DNA of 64,000 nt from a virus. The position numbers and the translations under genes are program-made. The notes beneath the pieces are model-generated. The model saw only the letters and a program-made list of their open reading frames with translations. It searched no databases and was not told the origin of the DNA. Positions 1 to 9,340 of the stretch are shown in pieces (position 1 is the first letter of the stretch; each line of letters starts with the position of its first letter). Location of the stretch: positions 7,564-71,563 of IMG/VR virus record IMGVR_UViG_2643221492_000001. The stretch is one strand, 5' to 3'.

Positions 1-30
1 CGGCGCCCAGCACCAAGTCAAGACGCGGGC

Positions 31-204
31 CTATAGCTCAATGTGATCCGGGCCCGGCAGCACGATGCAGTGCAGCGTCTTTGTGCCACCGACGCGCAGC
101 ACCTGATACAGCCGCCCGGAGTTCATCTTCAGCACATCCCCCGGGCCCGGCACATCGCCCCAAGCGACGCGCAGCTTCACCGGGTCTCAAGGGCGGCTGC
201 TCAT
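31..204 (-). pseudogene. small ORF (57 codons) interrupted by an in-frame TGA at codon 6
   Basis: Reads MSSRP*DPVKLRVAWGDVPGPGDVLKMNSGRLYQVLRVGGTKTLHCIVLPGPDHIEL; starts 8 nt after the methylase stop; GC-rich third positions. Confidence 0.35.
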
Positions 205-212
205 GATGTAGT

Positions 213-983
213 TCAGAAGTTGGTGATGAGCAGCTCGCGCGACGGCGAGCGGTTCTCGGCTGAGCCGACCGAGTAGGTGATGGACAGCGGGCGCAGCATC
301 AGGCCGGCGAAGGTCTGGCGCATCTCGGGAATGTCGTTGACGCTGACGACGGCCTTCCCTTTCATCGACTTCAGCAGCTCGGCCATGCGGCCGTACTGGT
401 CGAGGCCGAACGGCACGTCATAGCCCTCGGTGCCCCAGTAGGGAGGGTCGAGGTAGAACAGTGTGTGGCTGCGGTCATAGCGCTGGACGCACGCGGCCCA
501 GTCGAGCCGCTCGATGGTGACCTGGTGAAGCCGCAGGTGCACGGCGCTCAGATCCTCCTCCATGCGCAGCAGATTCATGCGACCGGGCGATGAGGTCGCA
601 GTGCCGAACGTGCGGCCTTCGATCTTGCCGCCGAACGAGTGCTTCTGCAGGTAGAAGAACCGCGCCGCGCGCTGAATGTCGGTCAGCGTGGCCGGCGGCG
701 TCTCGTTGAGCCAGCCGAAGATCTCGCGGCTCGTGAGCGCCCACCTGAACTGCCGCACGAACTCGTCGAGGTGGTGCTGCACCACGCGGTACAGGTTCAC
801 GAGGTCGCTGTTGACATCGTTCAACACCTCGACCTTCGCCGGTTCCTTCAGGAAGAAGAGCGCCGCCGCGCCCGCGAAGGGCTCGACGTAGCAGGTGTGC
901 TCCGGGAACAGGGGAAGGATGTGCTTCGCGAGGCGGCGCTTGCCGCCGATCCACGGCACCAGAGGTTTCGCTGAAATTTCCAT
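213..983 (-). CDS. DNA adenine methyltransferase (Dam/D12 class, alpha group)
   Basis: PWIGGKRRL, EPFAGAAAL (motif I) and DPPY (motif IV); start MEISAK at 983. Confidence 0.93.
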   Translation of the reverse strand: MEISAKPLVPWIGGKRRLAKHILPLFPEHTCYVEPFAGAAALFFLKEPAKVEVLNDVNSDLVNLYRVVQHHLDEFVRQFRWALTSREIFGWLNETPPATLTDIQRAARFFYLQKHSFGGKIEGRTFGTATSSPGRMNLLRMEEDLSAVHLRLHQVTIERLDWAACVQRYDRSHTLFYLDPPYWGTEGYDVPFGLDQYGRMAELLKSMKGKAVVSVNDIPEMRQTFAGLMLRPLSITYSVGSAENRSPSRELLITNF

Positions 984-1130
984 TGTGCAAGCCTTTATTC
1001 CACATTTTTTGATAGGCTTGGCCCACTCTGTACAGGGTGGCGGGCCTCGCCGGCTTGCAGGCTCGATCTGCATTTCGGGGCTTGAACAGGTGCTCCAACA
1101 CCTGAACAGGTCGCCCGTCTTTTTTGTGAT
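984..1130 (-). promoter_or_regulatory. structured 5' leader of the methylase gene
   Basis: Two hairpins (CAGGTG-n6-CACCTG; GGCCC..CCAC..GTGGGCC) and three CAAGCC copies complementary to GGCTTG just upstream of the ATG. Confidence 0.5.
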
Positions 1131-2147
1131 TCAGGGCGCGGCCGTCGCCGCGCCCGTGGGCACCTCGTAGACGTTGAACCGCACGACTTCGTCGCCGATC
1201 CACGCGTTGATCTCCTTGAACCGGTCCTGCAGCGGCTTGATCTCGTTGAGCGCGAAGACCTGGGCGGCCGGTACCACGGCGCCGAAGCCGCCGGTGTTGC
1301 TTGGCACGATGCCCAGCAGCTGCGGCGGGATGCGATGCGCAGCCAGCACGTCATCGCGACTCACGTTCTTGATGTTGAAGAAGTCGTCTTTCGCGGCCAC
1401 CTCGCTGACCGGGATCAGCTGCACGCCGTCTTTCTTGCCGCCGGGCGAGTAAAGAAACAGGTTGCGGAAATTGCCCGGGCCCTTGCTTTCCTTCAGCGCC
1501 GTGCGCATCGCATCGATGTCCCCCTGCTGCTGCGCCGGGTCGCTGACATACAGGATGAAGCCCGCGTGGCTGCCGTTGTTGTAGTAGCGGCGGCGGAACA
1601 GCGTGGCCGACTCGTTGAGCCAGGCCGACTGCAGCGCGCTCAGATACTCGGGCAGTCCGTACACCTCCTGATTGATGTCGGCCTCGCGCAGGTGGAAGAC
1701 GCTGCCGGCCTTGAACTCGTGTTCATCCTTCCAGCCGCGCACAAAGAAGTAGCTTTCGAGGTCTGCACCGCGCCGCACGTACTTCGCGAGCGCGTGCTTC
1801 AGTTCCACAGGTCGCCGCGTGAGCGAGTCCCGCCGCTCCACGTACGCGTTGCCGAAAGTCAGGAAGTCCAATGCAAAGGCGCTGAAGGTCGTGCGGTCCA
1901 TCAGCCTGTGCGGAATGAAGGTACTCAGCAGGATGTTGCGCTTGAAGTAGATCGAGCTGCTGTGGTGCGTGCTGGCGCGGAACGACTTCGCCAGACCGTC
2001 CCAGCTGACCGGCGGCTCGTACCAGCGGCCGTTCATCCAGCACTCGATGTAGTCGAGGATCTCGCGTCGGTCCATCACCGGCACCGGGTCACCGAAGGTG
2101 AACGCTTCCATGCCCGCCGGCTTTGCGGCAGTCGTTTGTGTATCCAT
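1131..2147 (-). CDS. P2-type portal protein (gpQ)
   Basis: FTFGDPVPV, WYEPP, YGLPEY, HRIPPQLLG motifs of PBSX/P2 portals; follows the terminase. Confidence 0.95.
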   Translation of the reverse strand: MDTQTTAAKPAGMEAFTFGDPVPVMDRREILDYIECWMNGRWYEPPVSWDGLAKSFRASTHHSSSIYFKRNILLSTFIPHRLMDRTTFSAFALDFLTFGNAYVERRDSLTRRPVELKHALAKYVRRGADLESYFFVRGWKDEHEFKAGSVFHLREADINQEVYGLPEYLSALQSAWLNESATLFRRRYYNNGSHAGFILYVSDPAQQQGDIDAMRTALKESKGPGNFRNLFLYSPGGKKDGVQLIPVSEVAAKDDFFNIKNVSRDDVLAAHRIPPQLLGIVPSNTGGFGAVVPAAQVFALNEIKPLQDRFKEINAWIGDEVVRFNVYEVPTGAATAAP

Positions 2148-3934
2148 CAGGAAATCTCCATGAAGCCGCTGTTCGCGGCAGTGGTGCCTTCGAGCGGCTC
2201 GTTGTCGAGGGCGTGCATGCAGGCCCACGCGAGGTCGGCATGGCCGGTGTCTTCGGTGCGCCCCGCTTCGAACGTGACATTCCGGCCGCTGGCCGTGAGC
2301 GTCTTGCGGATGGCGAGGAACGCGTGCGCGAGATCGACCCAGCCAGCATCGAACTCGAGTCTTCCCTTGCTGATCACGCTCTTGGCCTTCAGCACAAGGC
2401 GCGTCTTCACCTCGAGCGAGTAGTTGATCGCCCTGGCGGCGGGGAAGAACTTGCTCACCAGCTGGTAGACGCCCTGGCCAAGGCCCGTGGTGTCGATGCC
2501 GATGTACGCCACGTTGTAGCGCTCTGTGATCTTGCGAATGGCCTCGGCCTGCGCCTCGAAGTCGAGGCCTCGGAACTGGTGCTTCTCCAGCACGCGGAAC
2601 TTTCCGCCGGGGCGATCGGGCGGCGCGAGCACCACGCAGCCGGCGGTATCACCGGTGTGCGAGGGGTCGTAGCCCACCCACACCGGCCGGTAGCCGTAGG
2701 GACGGGGCGCCAGCGGCTTGTACACGTCGGCCCAGTCCACCCACGAGTCGACCATGCACGCCTGCAGCTCCGACATCGGGAACACCGATTGCGTGTCGTC
2801 GATGAACTCGCACATCAGCAGGTTGGCGAACTCCTGCGGGTTGTACTCGAGCCGCAGTTCGTCGATGTCGAAGAGATCGCAGCCTGCGGCCTCGGCGTCG
2901 ATGATGTTGACGATGTTGCGCCACACCTTGTCTTCGCCCGTGAAGCCACCGGCCAGGCGGTCGTGCGAGAGGTCGATGGCGACGCGTTGATCCTTCGGCC
3001 GGTTCTTGTTGAAGTGGGCGCCGCTCCAGCGTGCGTAGGCCTCATGCTGGATCGAGCTGGGCGAGCTGAAGTAGGTCTTGCGCCAGCGCTTGTGCATCGC
3101 CATGGCGCTCGCGACCTTGTTGAGCTCTTCGAAGCGGTGCGTCCAGAAGAACTCATCGAAATAGAAATTCCCGTGGTAGCCCTGGGCGGTGCGCGCGTTG
3201 GTGCCGAGGAAGTAGATGTGAGCGCCGTTGGGCAGGATCATCGGATCGCCGGTCAGCGTCACGCCGCAGGCTTCCTGCGCGAACTGCACGATGTACTGGC
3301 GGAAGATGTACGCCTGCGCCTTGCTGGCCGACAGGAAGATCTGATTGCGCCCGGTCTTCAGCGCGTCGACGAGGGCTTCGCGCGCGAAGTACCAGGTCGC
3401 GCCGATCTGCCGGCTCTTGAGCACCATGCGCGTGCGCTCGTGCCCGTTGCGGAACCATACCTTCTGATGGCCGAAGAGCGAGTCCTGAAACGCCTCGTAC
3501 AGCTCGTCGGCCTGCTCATCGGTGAAGTGGTTGCGCTGCGGCTTCTTCTTCGGTCCAGCATTGCGCTTCTCGATCTCGGGATTGAGGTCCGCTTCCTTGC
3601 CGGTCTTCTCGTAGCGCGTGATGCGCGCGGTGCGCTCCAGCTGCCGGCCCAGCAGGTCGATCTCTTTGAAGTCGCCGCCGGTCTTCGATTCCTTGCCGAT
3701 CAACTGCACGAGCCGGGCTTCGAGCGCGCCCTCCACGCGTTGGATCGGTTGCGCCTTGTCCCACTCCTCGGCATCCTTCCATCCGTGCACTGTCGTGCGC
3801 GGAATTCCAAGATGTTCCGCGATCGAGGAAATGCGCCAGCCTTGCCAGTAGAGATGACGCGCCGCGCGGCGCTGATCCACCACCGGCGCACCAAGGGCCT
3901 CGGGCGCTTCGACGACATCGCTGCATGAATCCAT
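2147..3934 (-). CDS. terminase ATPase subunit (gpP)
   Basis: N-terminal HTH (YWQGWRISSIA), LKSRQIGAT Walker A, YFDEFFW Walker B, C-terminal nuclease (GYDP, HADLAWA). Confidence 0.96.
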   Translation of the reverse strand: MDSCSDVVEAPEALGAPVVDQRRAARHLYWQGWRISSIAEHLGIPRTTVHGWKDAEEWDKAQPIQRVEGALEARLVQLIGKESKTGGDFKEIDLLGRQLERTARITRYEKTGKEADLNPEIEKRNAGPKKKPQRNHFTDEQADELYEAFQDSLFGHQKVWFRNGHERTRMVLKSRQIGATWYFAREALVDALKTGRNQIFLSASKAQAYIFRQYIVQFAQEACGVTLTGDPMILPNGAHIYFLGTNARTAQGYHGNFYFDEFFWTHRFEELNKVASAMAMHKRWRKTYFSSPSSIQHEAYARWSGAHFNKNRPKDQRVAIDLSHDRLAGGFTGEDKVWRNIVNIIDAEAAGCDLFDIDELRLEYNPQEFANLLMCEFIDDTQSVFPMSELQACMVDSWVDWADVYKPLAPRPYGYRPVWVGYDPSHTGDTAGCVVLAPPDRPGGKFRVLEKHQFRGLDFEAQAEAIRKITERYNVAYIGIDTTGLGQGVYQLVSKFFPAARAINYSLEVKTRLVLKAKSVISKGRLEFDAGWVDLAHAFLAIRKTLTASGRNVTFEAGRTEDTGHADLAWACMHALDNEPLEGTTAANSGFMEIS

Positions 3935-3986
3935 GCGGGTGAGGCTATGGGCGCTCGCGTCTCTTCGCGACGCCTCTCAGACCTGT

Positions 3987-4017
3987 TTCGGTTGTAGATC
4001 GCGCATTCACAACCGAA
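3987..4017. promoter_or_regulatory. late-promoter activator (Ogr-type) site for the divergent P/O promoters
   Basis: Inverted repeat TTCGGTTGT-N13-ACAACCGAA; near-identical copy upstream of gpV. Confidence 0.75.
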
Positions 4018-4087
4018 TTGCATTGAGCCTCGCGCATGCTCGGCCGACCATCAGCGCCATCACTCGTCAACCTACCCGCACACCACC

Positions 4088-4939
4088 ATGGCCCAGAAGT
4101 CCAAGTTCTTTCGTGTCGCCGTCGAAGGCGCTACCACCGACGGTCGCACCATCGAGCGCTCCTGGCTGCAACAGATGGCCGCCAACTTCGACCCCGCGAA
4201 GTACGGCGCGCGCATCTGGCTCGAACACATTCGCGGCACGCTGCCCGACAGCCCCTTCAAGGCCTACGGCGACGTGACCGCGCTGAAGTCCGAGGAGATC
4301 ACTCTCGACGGGCAGAAGAAGCTCGCGCTGTTCGCCCAACTCGACCCCACCCCCGATCTGGTCAAGCTGGCGAAGGAACGCCAGAAGATCTACACCAGCA
4401 TGGAGGTCAACCCGAAGTTCGGCGACACCGGCCAGGCCTATCTGGTCGGCCTGGGCATCACCGATAGCCCCGCGAGCCTGGGCACCGAGATCCTTAGCTT
4501 CGCGGCCAAGCACCCCGACAGCAACCCCTTCGCGGGGAAGAAGCAGGCGCCCGAGAACCTCTTCTCCGAGGCCGTCGAGGTCACCCTCGAATTCGAGGAA
4601 GAAGAGGACGAAGACAAGGGCGTGCTCGCGAAGGTGAAGAGCTGGCGCGATTCGTTCTCGAAGAAATTCGCCTCCCAGTCGAAGCGCAACGACGCCACGG
4701 CCACCGAGCTGATGGGCGCCCTCGATGACCTCGGCGAGACGCTGCAGGCGTCGGTCGAGCAAGGCAGCACGACCTCCAAGGATCTCGCCGCCTTGCAGAA
4801 GAAGTTCAACACGCTCGAAGCCGAGCACAAGGGCCTGAAGGCGAAGTTCGAAACCATCGACACCACCGATGCGAACAAGCACTCGCGGCGCCCGCCGGCC
4901 ACCGGCACCGATCCGAAGATGCAGACCACCGACTGCTGA
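4088..4939 (+). CDS. capsid scaffolding protein (gpO)
   Basis: KFFRVAVEGATTDGR, RIWLEH, YLVGLGITDSPASLGTE. Confidence 0.95.
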   Translation: MAQKSKFFRVAVEGATTDGRTIERSWLQQMAANFDPAKYGARIWLEHIRGTLPDSPFKAYGDVTALKSEEITLDGQKKLALFAQLDPTPDLVKLAKERQKIYTSMEVNPKFGDTGQAYLVGLGITDSPASLGTEILSFAAKHPDSNPFAGKKQAPENLFSEAVEVTLEFEEEEDEDKGVLAKVKSWRDSFSKKFASQSKRNDATATELMGALDDLGETLQASVEQGSTTSKDLAALQKKFNTLEAEHKGLKAKFETIDTTDANKHSRRPPATGTDPKMQTTDC

Positions 4940-5001
4940 TCGCCCGCCCTCGCCACAACCGCCACCAGCCACAGCCACTTACCCGCATCACCGGAGCCAC
5001 C

Positions 5002-6009
5002 ATGCAAAACGCAACCCGTCTTCTCTTCAACAAGCTCATGGATCGCCTGGGCGAGCTCAACGGCGTGCCTTCGGCGCGCGAGCAGTTCGCCGTCGAGCCG
5101 ACCGTGCAGCAGACGCTGGAAACGAAGATCCAGGAGTCGAGCGAGTTCCTCGGCAAGATCAACATCATCGGCGTCGACGAGATGAAGGGCGAGAAGCTGG
5201 GCCTCGGCGTCAGCGGTCCGATCGCGAGCCGCACCAACACCGACAACGCCGACCGCGTGCCGCGTTCGGTCGAGACGCTCGATCAGCACACCTACGAGTG
5301 CAAGAAGACCAACTACGACACCGCGATCAAATACGCCACCCTGGACGCGTGGGCCAAGTTCCCGGACTTCCAGACCCGGGTGCGTGATGTGATCGTCAAG
5401 CGACAGGCGCTGGACCGGATCATGATCGGCTTCAACGGCATCAGCGCTGCGGCAAACACCGACCTCGTCGCGAACCCGCTGCTGCAAGACGTGAACATCG
5501 GCTGGCTGCAGCACATCCGCACCGACGCACCGGCGCGCGTGCTGGACGATGGCGCGGCCCCGGGCGTGATCACCGTGGGCCCGACCGGCGACTACAAGAA
5601 CCTCGACGCGCTGGTGTACGACGCGTACCAGACGCTGCTGGACCCGTGGTATCGCGAAGACGGTGGCCTCGTGGCGATCGTCGGGCGTCCCCTGATGCAC
5701 GACAAGCTCTTCCCGCTGGTGAGCGACCCCGAGGCCCCCACCGAGATCCTCGCGGCCGACATCGTGCGCAGCCAGCGCCGCCTGGGCAGCCTGCCCGGTC
5801 TGTCTCTGCCCTACTTCCCGACCAACAAGGTGCTGATCACGCGCCTGGACAACCTGTCGATCTACTTCCAGAACTCGGCGCGTCGACGCAAGGTCGAGGA
5901 CAACGCCAAGCGCGACCGCATCGAGAACTACGAGTCGAGCAACGACGCGTTCGTGGTCGAGGACTACGGCCTGTGCGCGCTGGTCGAGAACATCACGATC
6001 CAGCCCTGA
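5002..6009 (+). CDS. major capsid protein, P2 family (gpN)
   Basis: FAVEPTVQQTLE, ALDRIMIGFNG, NPLLQDVNIGWL, NYESSNDAFVVEDY. Confidence 0.96.
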   Translation: MQNATRLLFNKLMDRLGELNGVPSAREQFAVEPTVQQTLETKIQESSEFLGKINIIGVDEMKGEKLGLGVSGPIASRTNTDNADRVPRSVETLDQHTYECKKTNYDTAIKYATLDAWAKFPDFQTRVRDVIVKRQALDRIMIGFNGISAAANTDLVANPLLQDVNIGWLQHIRTDAPARVLDDGAAPGVITVGPTGDYKNLDALVYDAYQTLLDPWYREDGGLVAIVGRPLMHDKLFPLVSDPEAPTEILAADIVRSQRRLGSLPGLSLPYFPTNKVLITRLDNLSIYFQNSARRRKVEDNAKRDRIENYESSNDAFVVEDYGLCALVENITIQP

Positions 6010-6014
6010 TCGCC

Positions 6015-6725
6015 ATGCGCCAGACCCCCGCACAGCGCCACCTGCAGGCCAAGCTCGCCAAGATCGCCTCCGCTGCGGCGGGCGTGGGCGGCGAGCTGCA
6101 GGGCAGCGCCTACCAGCTCATGCTGGCCCAGTTGGCCGAGCACCGCCGTGCGCTCAAGGACATCCAGTCCGTCGAACGCAAGATCGAAGCGAAGCGCGCC
6201 TTCCTGCCTGTCTACGACGCATGGATCGATGGCGTCCTGGCCAGCAACGGCGGCGCGCAGGATCAGGTGGTGACCACCGTGCTCGTGTGGCACATCGACG
6301 CGGGCAACTACCAGCGTGCGATCGAGATCGCGGAATACGCCGTGACGCACAAGCTGGCGCCGCCTGACCAGTACGACCGCAACCTGGCCACGATCCTGAT
6401 CGACGAATTCGCCACGGCGGCACTGACCGGCAAGATGGATCGCGCCACCGCGCGCGACCTGCTGCCGATCGTCCTGCACGGCACCCGAGACCTCGACGCA
6501 CCGGATCAGGCCCGGGCCAAGCTGCACAAGGCCTTCGGCTATGCCGTGATCGGCAGGGCTGGCTCTGCCGACGTGGACTACGACAAGGTGTCCGCCGACG
6601 ATGCCCGCCTTGCGCTGGACCACCTGCAACGCGCCCTCGCCCTGTTCGAACAGGTGGGCGTGAAGAAAGACATCGAGCGCCTGGAGCGCCGGCTCAACAA
6701 GCCGGAGACGCCCCCCGCGCCGTAA
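6015..6725 (+). CDS. terminase endonuclease subunit (gpM)
   Basis: VWHIDAGNY, RAKLHKA, GVKKDIERLER; position after gpN. Confidence 0.9.
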   Translation: MRQTPAQRHLQAKLAKIASAAAGVGGELQGSAYQLMLAQLAEHRRALKDIQSVERKIEAKRAFLPVYDAWIDGVLASNGGAQDQVVTTVLVWHIDAGNYQRAIEIAEYAVTHKLAPPDQYDRNLATILIDEFATAALTGKMDRATARDLLPIVLHGTRDLDAPDQARAKLHKAFGYAVIGRAGSADVDYDKVSADDARLALDHLQRALALFEQVGVKKDIERLERRLNKPETPPAP

Positions 6726-6830
6726 CCGAGTCCGACCCCGGACCCCGGCGGCTCGGGCTGGCTCCTGAAGCACCTTGACAGGCCTGCCCACGGAAGACGC
6801 CCGACCACCGCCGACCTTTTCCCCTTCGCC

Positions 6831-7301
6831 ATGAACTTCCTCGGAAACCCGCCCACCCCGACCGCCGCCGAAGAGACACCGCTGGCGAACGACGGATGGT
6901 TTCCCGATATCGATCTGGCGAAGCTGCGCGCCACCGCGCGTCTGGACGGCACCGTGACGCCCGAGCGACTGCGCCACAGCGCCATACAGGCCGTGCTCAG
7001 CGTCAACACCGAGCTGTCGCTGTACAAGGCCGCGCAGCTCGTGCTCGGCCACGCGAAGCTCGAAGACGTGCCCGCGCCCGAGGTCGACGGCAAGAGCGTG
7101 CAGGTCGCTCGCTACCTGCGCGCGGTCTACAGCTACACGCAGGCCGACCTGGTCGAGCGCTACCGCGACTTCGACACCACGGGCGCCGGCGACAAGAAGG
7201 CCGAGAAGCTCGAAATGCGCGACTGCGATCTGCGCCGCGACGTGCGCTGGGCGATCTCCGACTTCCTCGGCATCCGCCGGACCACTGTCGAGCTCATCTG
7301 A
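6831..7301 (+). CDS. head completion/stabilisation protein (gpL)
   Basis: NDGWFPDIDL, RYLRAVY, RRTTVELI. Confidence 0.9.
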   Translation: MNFLGNPPTPTAAEETPLANDGWFPDIDLAKLRATARLDGTVTPERLRHSAIQAVLSVNTELSLYKAAQLVLGHAKLEDVPAPEVDGKSVQVARYLRAVYSYTQADLVERYRDFDTTGAGDKKAEKLEMRDCDLRRDVRWAISDFLGIRRTTVELI

Positions 7302-7504
7302 TGCAGATCCGCACCCAACAGAACGACACCGTCGACCTGCTGTGCTGGCGCTACCTGCAGCGCACGCAGGGCGTGGTGGAAGCCACCCTCCTCCTCAACC
7401 CCGGGCTCGCTGATCGCGGGCCCATCCTGCCGGCGGGCCTGCTGGTCGAGCTGGCCGAACCCGCCAGCACCACCACGCGGCGCACCGTGCAGCTCTGGGA
7501 CTGA
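7301..7504 (+). CDS. tail protein X
   Basis: MQIRTQQNDTVDLLCWRY...NPGLADRGPILPAG...VQLWD; TGA/ATG overlap with gpL. Confidence 0.9.
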   Translation: MQIRTQQNDTVDLLCWRYLQRTQGVVEATLLLNPGLADRGPILPAGLLVELAEPASTTTRRTVQLWD

Positions 7505-7508
7505 AGAC

Positions 7509-7925
7509 ATGCAAGACTGGCTCAAGAAGCTCTTCACCGAACCCCAGACGCTGGGGATCATCGTTTCCAGCGCCCTCGTCGGCCTCTTCGCCGGCCTCGC
7601 GCAGGGTGTCGTTGAAAAGCGCCACGGCGGCTGGGGCGGCTTCCTGCGCGCCCTGCTCACCGGCGTCTCGGTCGCGGTCTTCGTCGGCCTGGGCATCGAG
7701 GGCTTCGTGGCGTCCGAGACGCTGCGCCTGGCCATCGTCGGCGCCTGCGCCGTGGTCAGCGAGGACATCTGGATGGGTCTGCGGTCCGTGGGCGGCGCCA
7801 TGCGCAACGACCCGCTCGGCTTCGCGGTGCGCCTGCTCGATGCCATTCGCGGGCGCGATCACTCGGCCCGAACGTCCGGCGGCACCGACTTCGCGCCACC
7901 CACCGATGAAAGGAGCAAACCATGA
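7509..7925 (+). CDS. putative holin (multi-TM membrane protein)
   Basis: About three hydrophobic segments, charged C-terminus, first gene of the lysis block. Confidence 0.6.
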   Translation: MQDWLKKLFTEPQTLGIIVSSALVGLFAGLAQGVVEKRHGGWGGFLRALLTGVSVAVFVGLGIEGFVASETLRLAIVGACAVVSEDIWMGLRSVGGAMRNDPLGFAVRLLDAIRGRDHSARTSGGTDFAPPTDERSKP

Positions 7926-8230
7926 TGTGGCTACTCGCCGTGCTGCTCGGCCTGGCCGCGCTGCTGCAGTTCGCTGTGCACACGGCGCCCGACATCCACG
8001 ACGCCCCGCTGCGCGGCAAGGCCCGCCGGGTCAAGATCGCCGCGCTGTCGCTGCTGTGCGGCTACTTCGGCTGGGCCGCCTTCCTCGGCCAGCGGGAGCA
8101 CCCGTGGCTGCTGCTGGCCGTGACCCTCTCCGCGATCTCGGAACTGGGCTTCGCCATCAACCGCCTGTTCCCGGGGCAAAACAACCGTCTCCATGGGCGG
8201 GAAGTTGGCCGGGAGGTCCGCCATGAATGA
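7922..8230 (+). CDS. second lysis-region membrane protein (holin/antiholin-like)
   Basis: Three hydrophobic helices; overlaps both neighbours. Confidence 0.5.
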   Translation: MMWLLAVLLGLAALLQFAVHTAPDIHDAPLRGKARRVKIAALSLLCGYFGWAAFLGQREHPWLLLAVTLSAISELGFAINRLFPGQNNRLHGREVGREVRHE

Positions 8231-8798
8231 GCAGCTGCGCATGGGCGCGGATGGCCACGAGGTCGCCCACTACTTCGAGCAGTGCAAGCTGCTGGCCTAC
8301 CCCGACCCGGGTTCGCCCCTGTTCAAGGCGCTGAGCGCAGCGGGCATCGATCCCTATCGCATCACCTCGGTGCCTGCGGCGTTCGCCCGGCTCAGCGGCA
8401 AGCCCTGGACGATCGGATGGGGCGACACCGGGCCCGACGTGGTGCCCGGCCTCACCATCACTCGGGCCGATGCCGATGAGCGCTATGCGCGTCGCATGTC
8501 CGGCGAGTTCGAGCCGGCGGTGCGCCGCGCAGTCACCGTGAACGTCACCCAGCGGCAGTTCGACGCGCTCGTTTCGATCTTCTACAACGGCGGGGTCGAG
8601 GCTCTCTCGAAGTCCACGCTCGTGCGCCTGCTCAACGCAGGCGACACGGCCGGCGCCGCCGCGCAGTTCCCGCGCTGGAACATGTCCGGCGGCAAGGTGC
8701 TCAAGGGCCTCGATCGCCGCCGCGAGGCCGAGCGGCTGCTGTTCCTGGGCACAGATCCGAAGCCGGCCATCGCCGCCGCCCTGGCGAAGTTCCCATGA
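8223..8798 (+). CDS. endolysin, T4-lysozyme/GH24 family
   Basis: FEQCKLLAYPD (catalytic E), WTIGWG, QRQFDALVS, GLDRRREAE. Confidence 0.92.
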   Translation: MNEQLRMGADGHEVAHYFEQCKLLAYPDPGSPLFKALSAAGIDPYRITSVPAAFARLSGKPWTIGWGDTGPDVVPGLTITRADADERYARRMSGEFEPAVRRAVTVNVTQRQFDALVSIFYNGGVEALSKSTLVRLLNAGDTAGAAAQFPRWNMSGGKVLKGLDRRREAERLLFLGTDPKPAIAAALAKFP

Positions 8799-9340
8799 GC
8801 TGGCTGCTCAAGGCCCTGCCCTATGTCATCGCGGTGGCGCTCTTCGGCGCTTGGACAGGGCTGGTCTGGCACCTGGGCGGCCGGTCAACCGGCGATGCGG
8901 TGCGCCTGGAGTGGCAGACCGATCGCGTCAACAACGCCCGCGCGGCCGTCGACGCCTTCACGCGCACGCTCGATGCGCAATGGCAGATGACAGACAGCCT
9001 TGCCAAGCGCGATGCCGCACATGCAGAGGAGATCAAACGTGTTCAAGGTGAAAAAGCTTTTCTGGAGCACCAGCTTCGCACTGGCGCTGTCCGGGTGTCA
9101 GTCCCAGCCCGTGTCACCGCCTGTCCTGCAGCCGGGCCTTCAGGTGCCGCCGTTGCCGGCCAGCCTGCAGAAGCGCGAGCCGAACTTGAGCCAGCGTTTG
9201 CGGCAGCTCTGGCAGGAATCACCGGCGAGGGAGACATCGCCATCCACGACCTCAACGCCTGCATCGACCGGTACAACGAAGTCCGCGGCAGGATCAACGC
9301 CCTGACCAGATCCGGGAGCACCGATGCTCAAACCCCATAG
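8795..9340 (+). CDS. i-spanin (Rz-like)
   Basis: N-terminal TM, coiled coil, LRTGAVRVSVP, NACIDRY. Confidence 0.85.
   Translation: MSWLLKALPYVIAVALFGAWTGLVWHLGGRSTGDAVRLEWQTDRVNNARAAVDAFTRTLDAQWQMTDSLAKRDAAHAEEIKRVQGEKAFLEHQLRTGAVRVSVPARVTACPAAGPSGAAVAGQPAEARAELEPAFAAALAGITGEGDIAIHDLNACIDRYNEVRGRINALTRSGSTDAQTP
9039..9305 (+). CDS. o-spanin lipoprotein (Rz1-like), embedded in Rz
   Basis: GAGGAG RBS, GTG start, signal peptide with lipobox LSGC, Pro-rich mature part, alternate frame inside Rz. Confidence 0.8.
   Translation: MFKVKKLFWSTSFALALSGCQSQPVSPPVLQPGLQVPPLPASLQKREPNLSQRLRQLWQESPARETSPSTTSTPASTGTTKSAAGSTP

Noticed and set aside
1044-1051. GGCGAGGC on the minus strand, matching the start of the P2 cos (GGCGAGGCGGGGAAAGCAC)
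   Set aside because: Only 8 of 19 nt match and it lies inside the methylase leader structure; too weak to call cos
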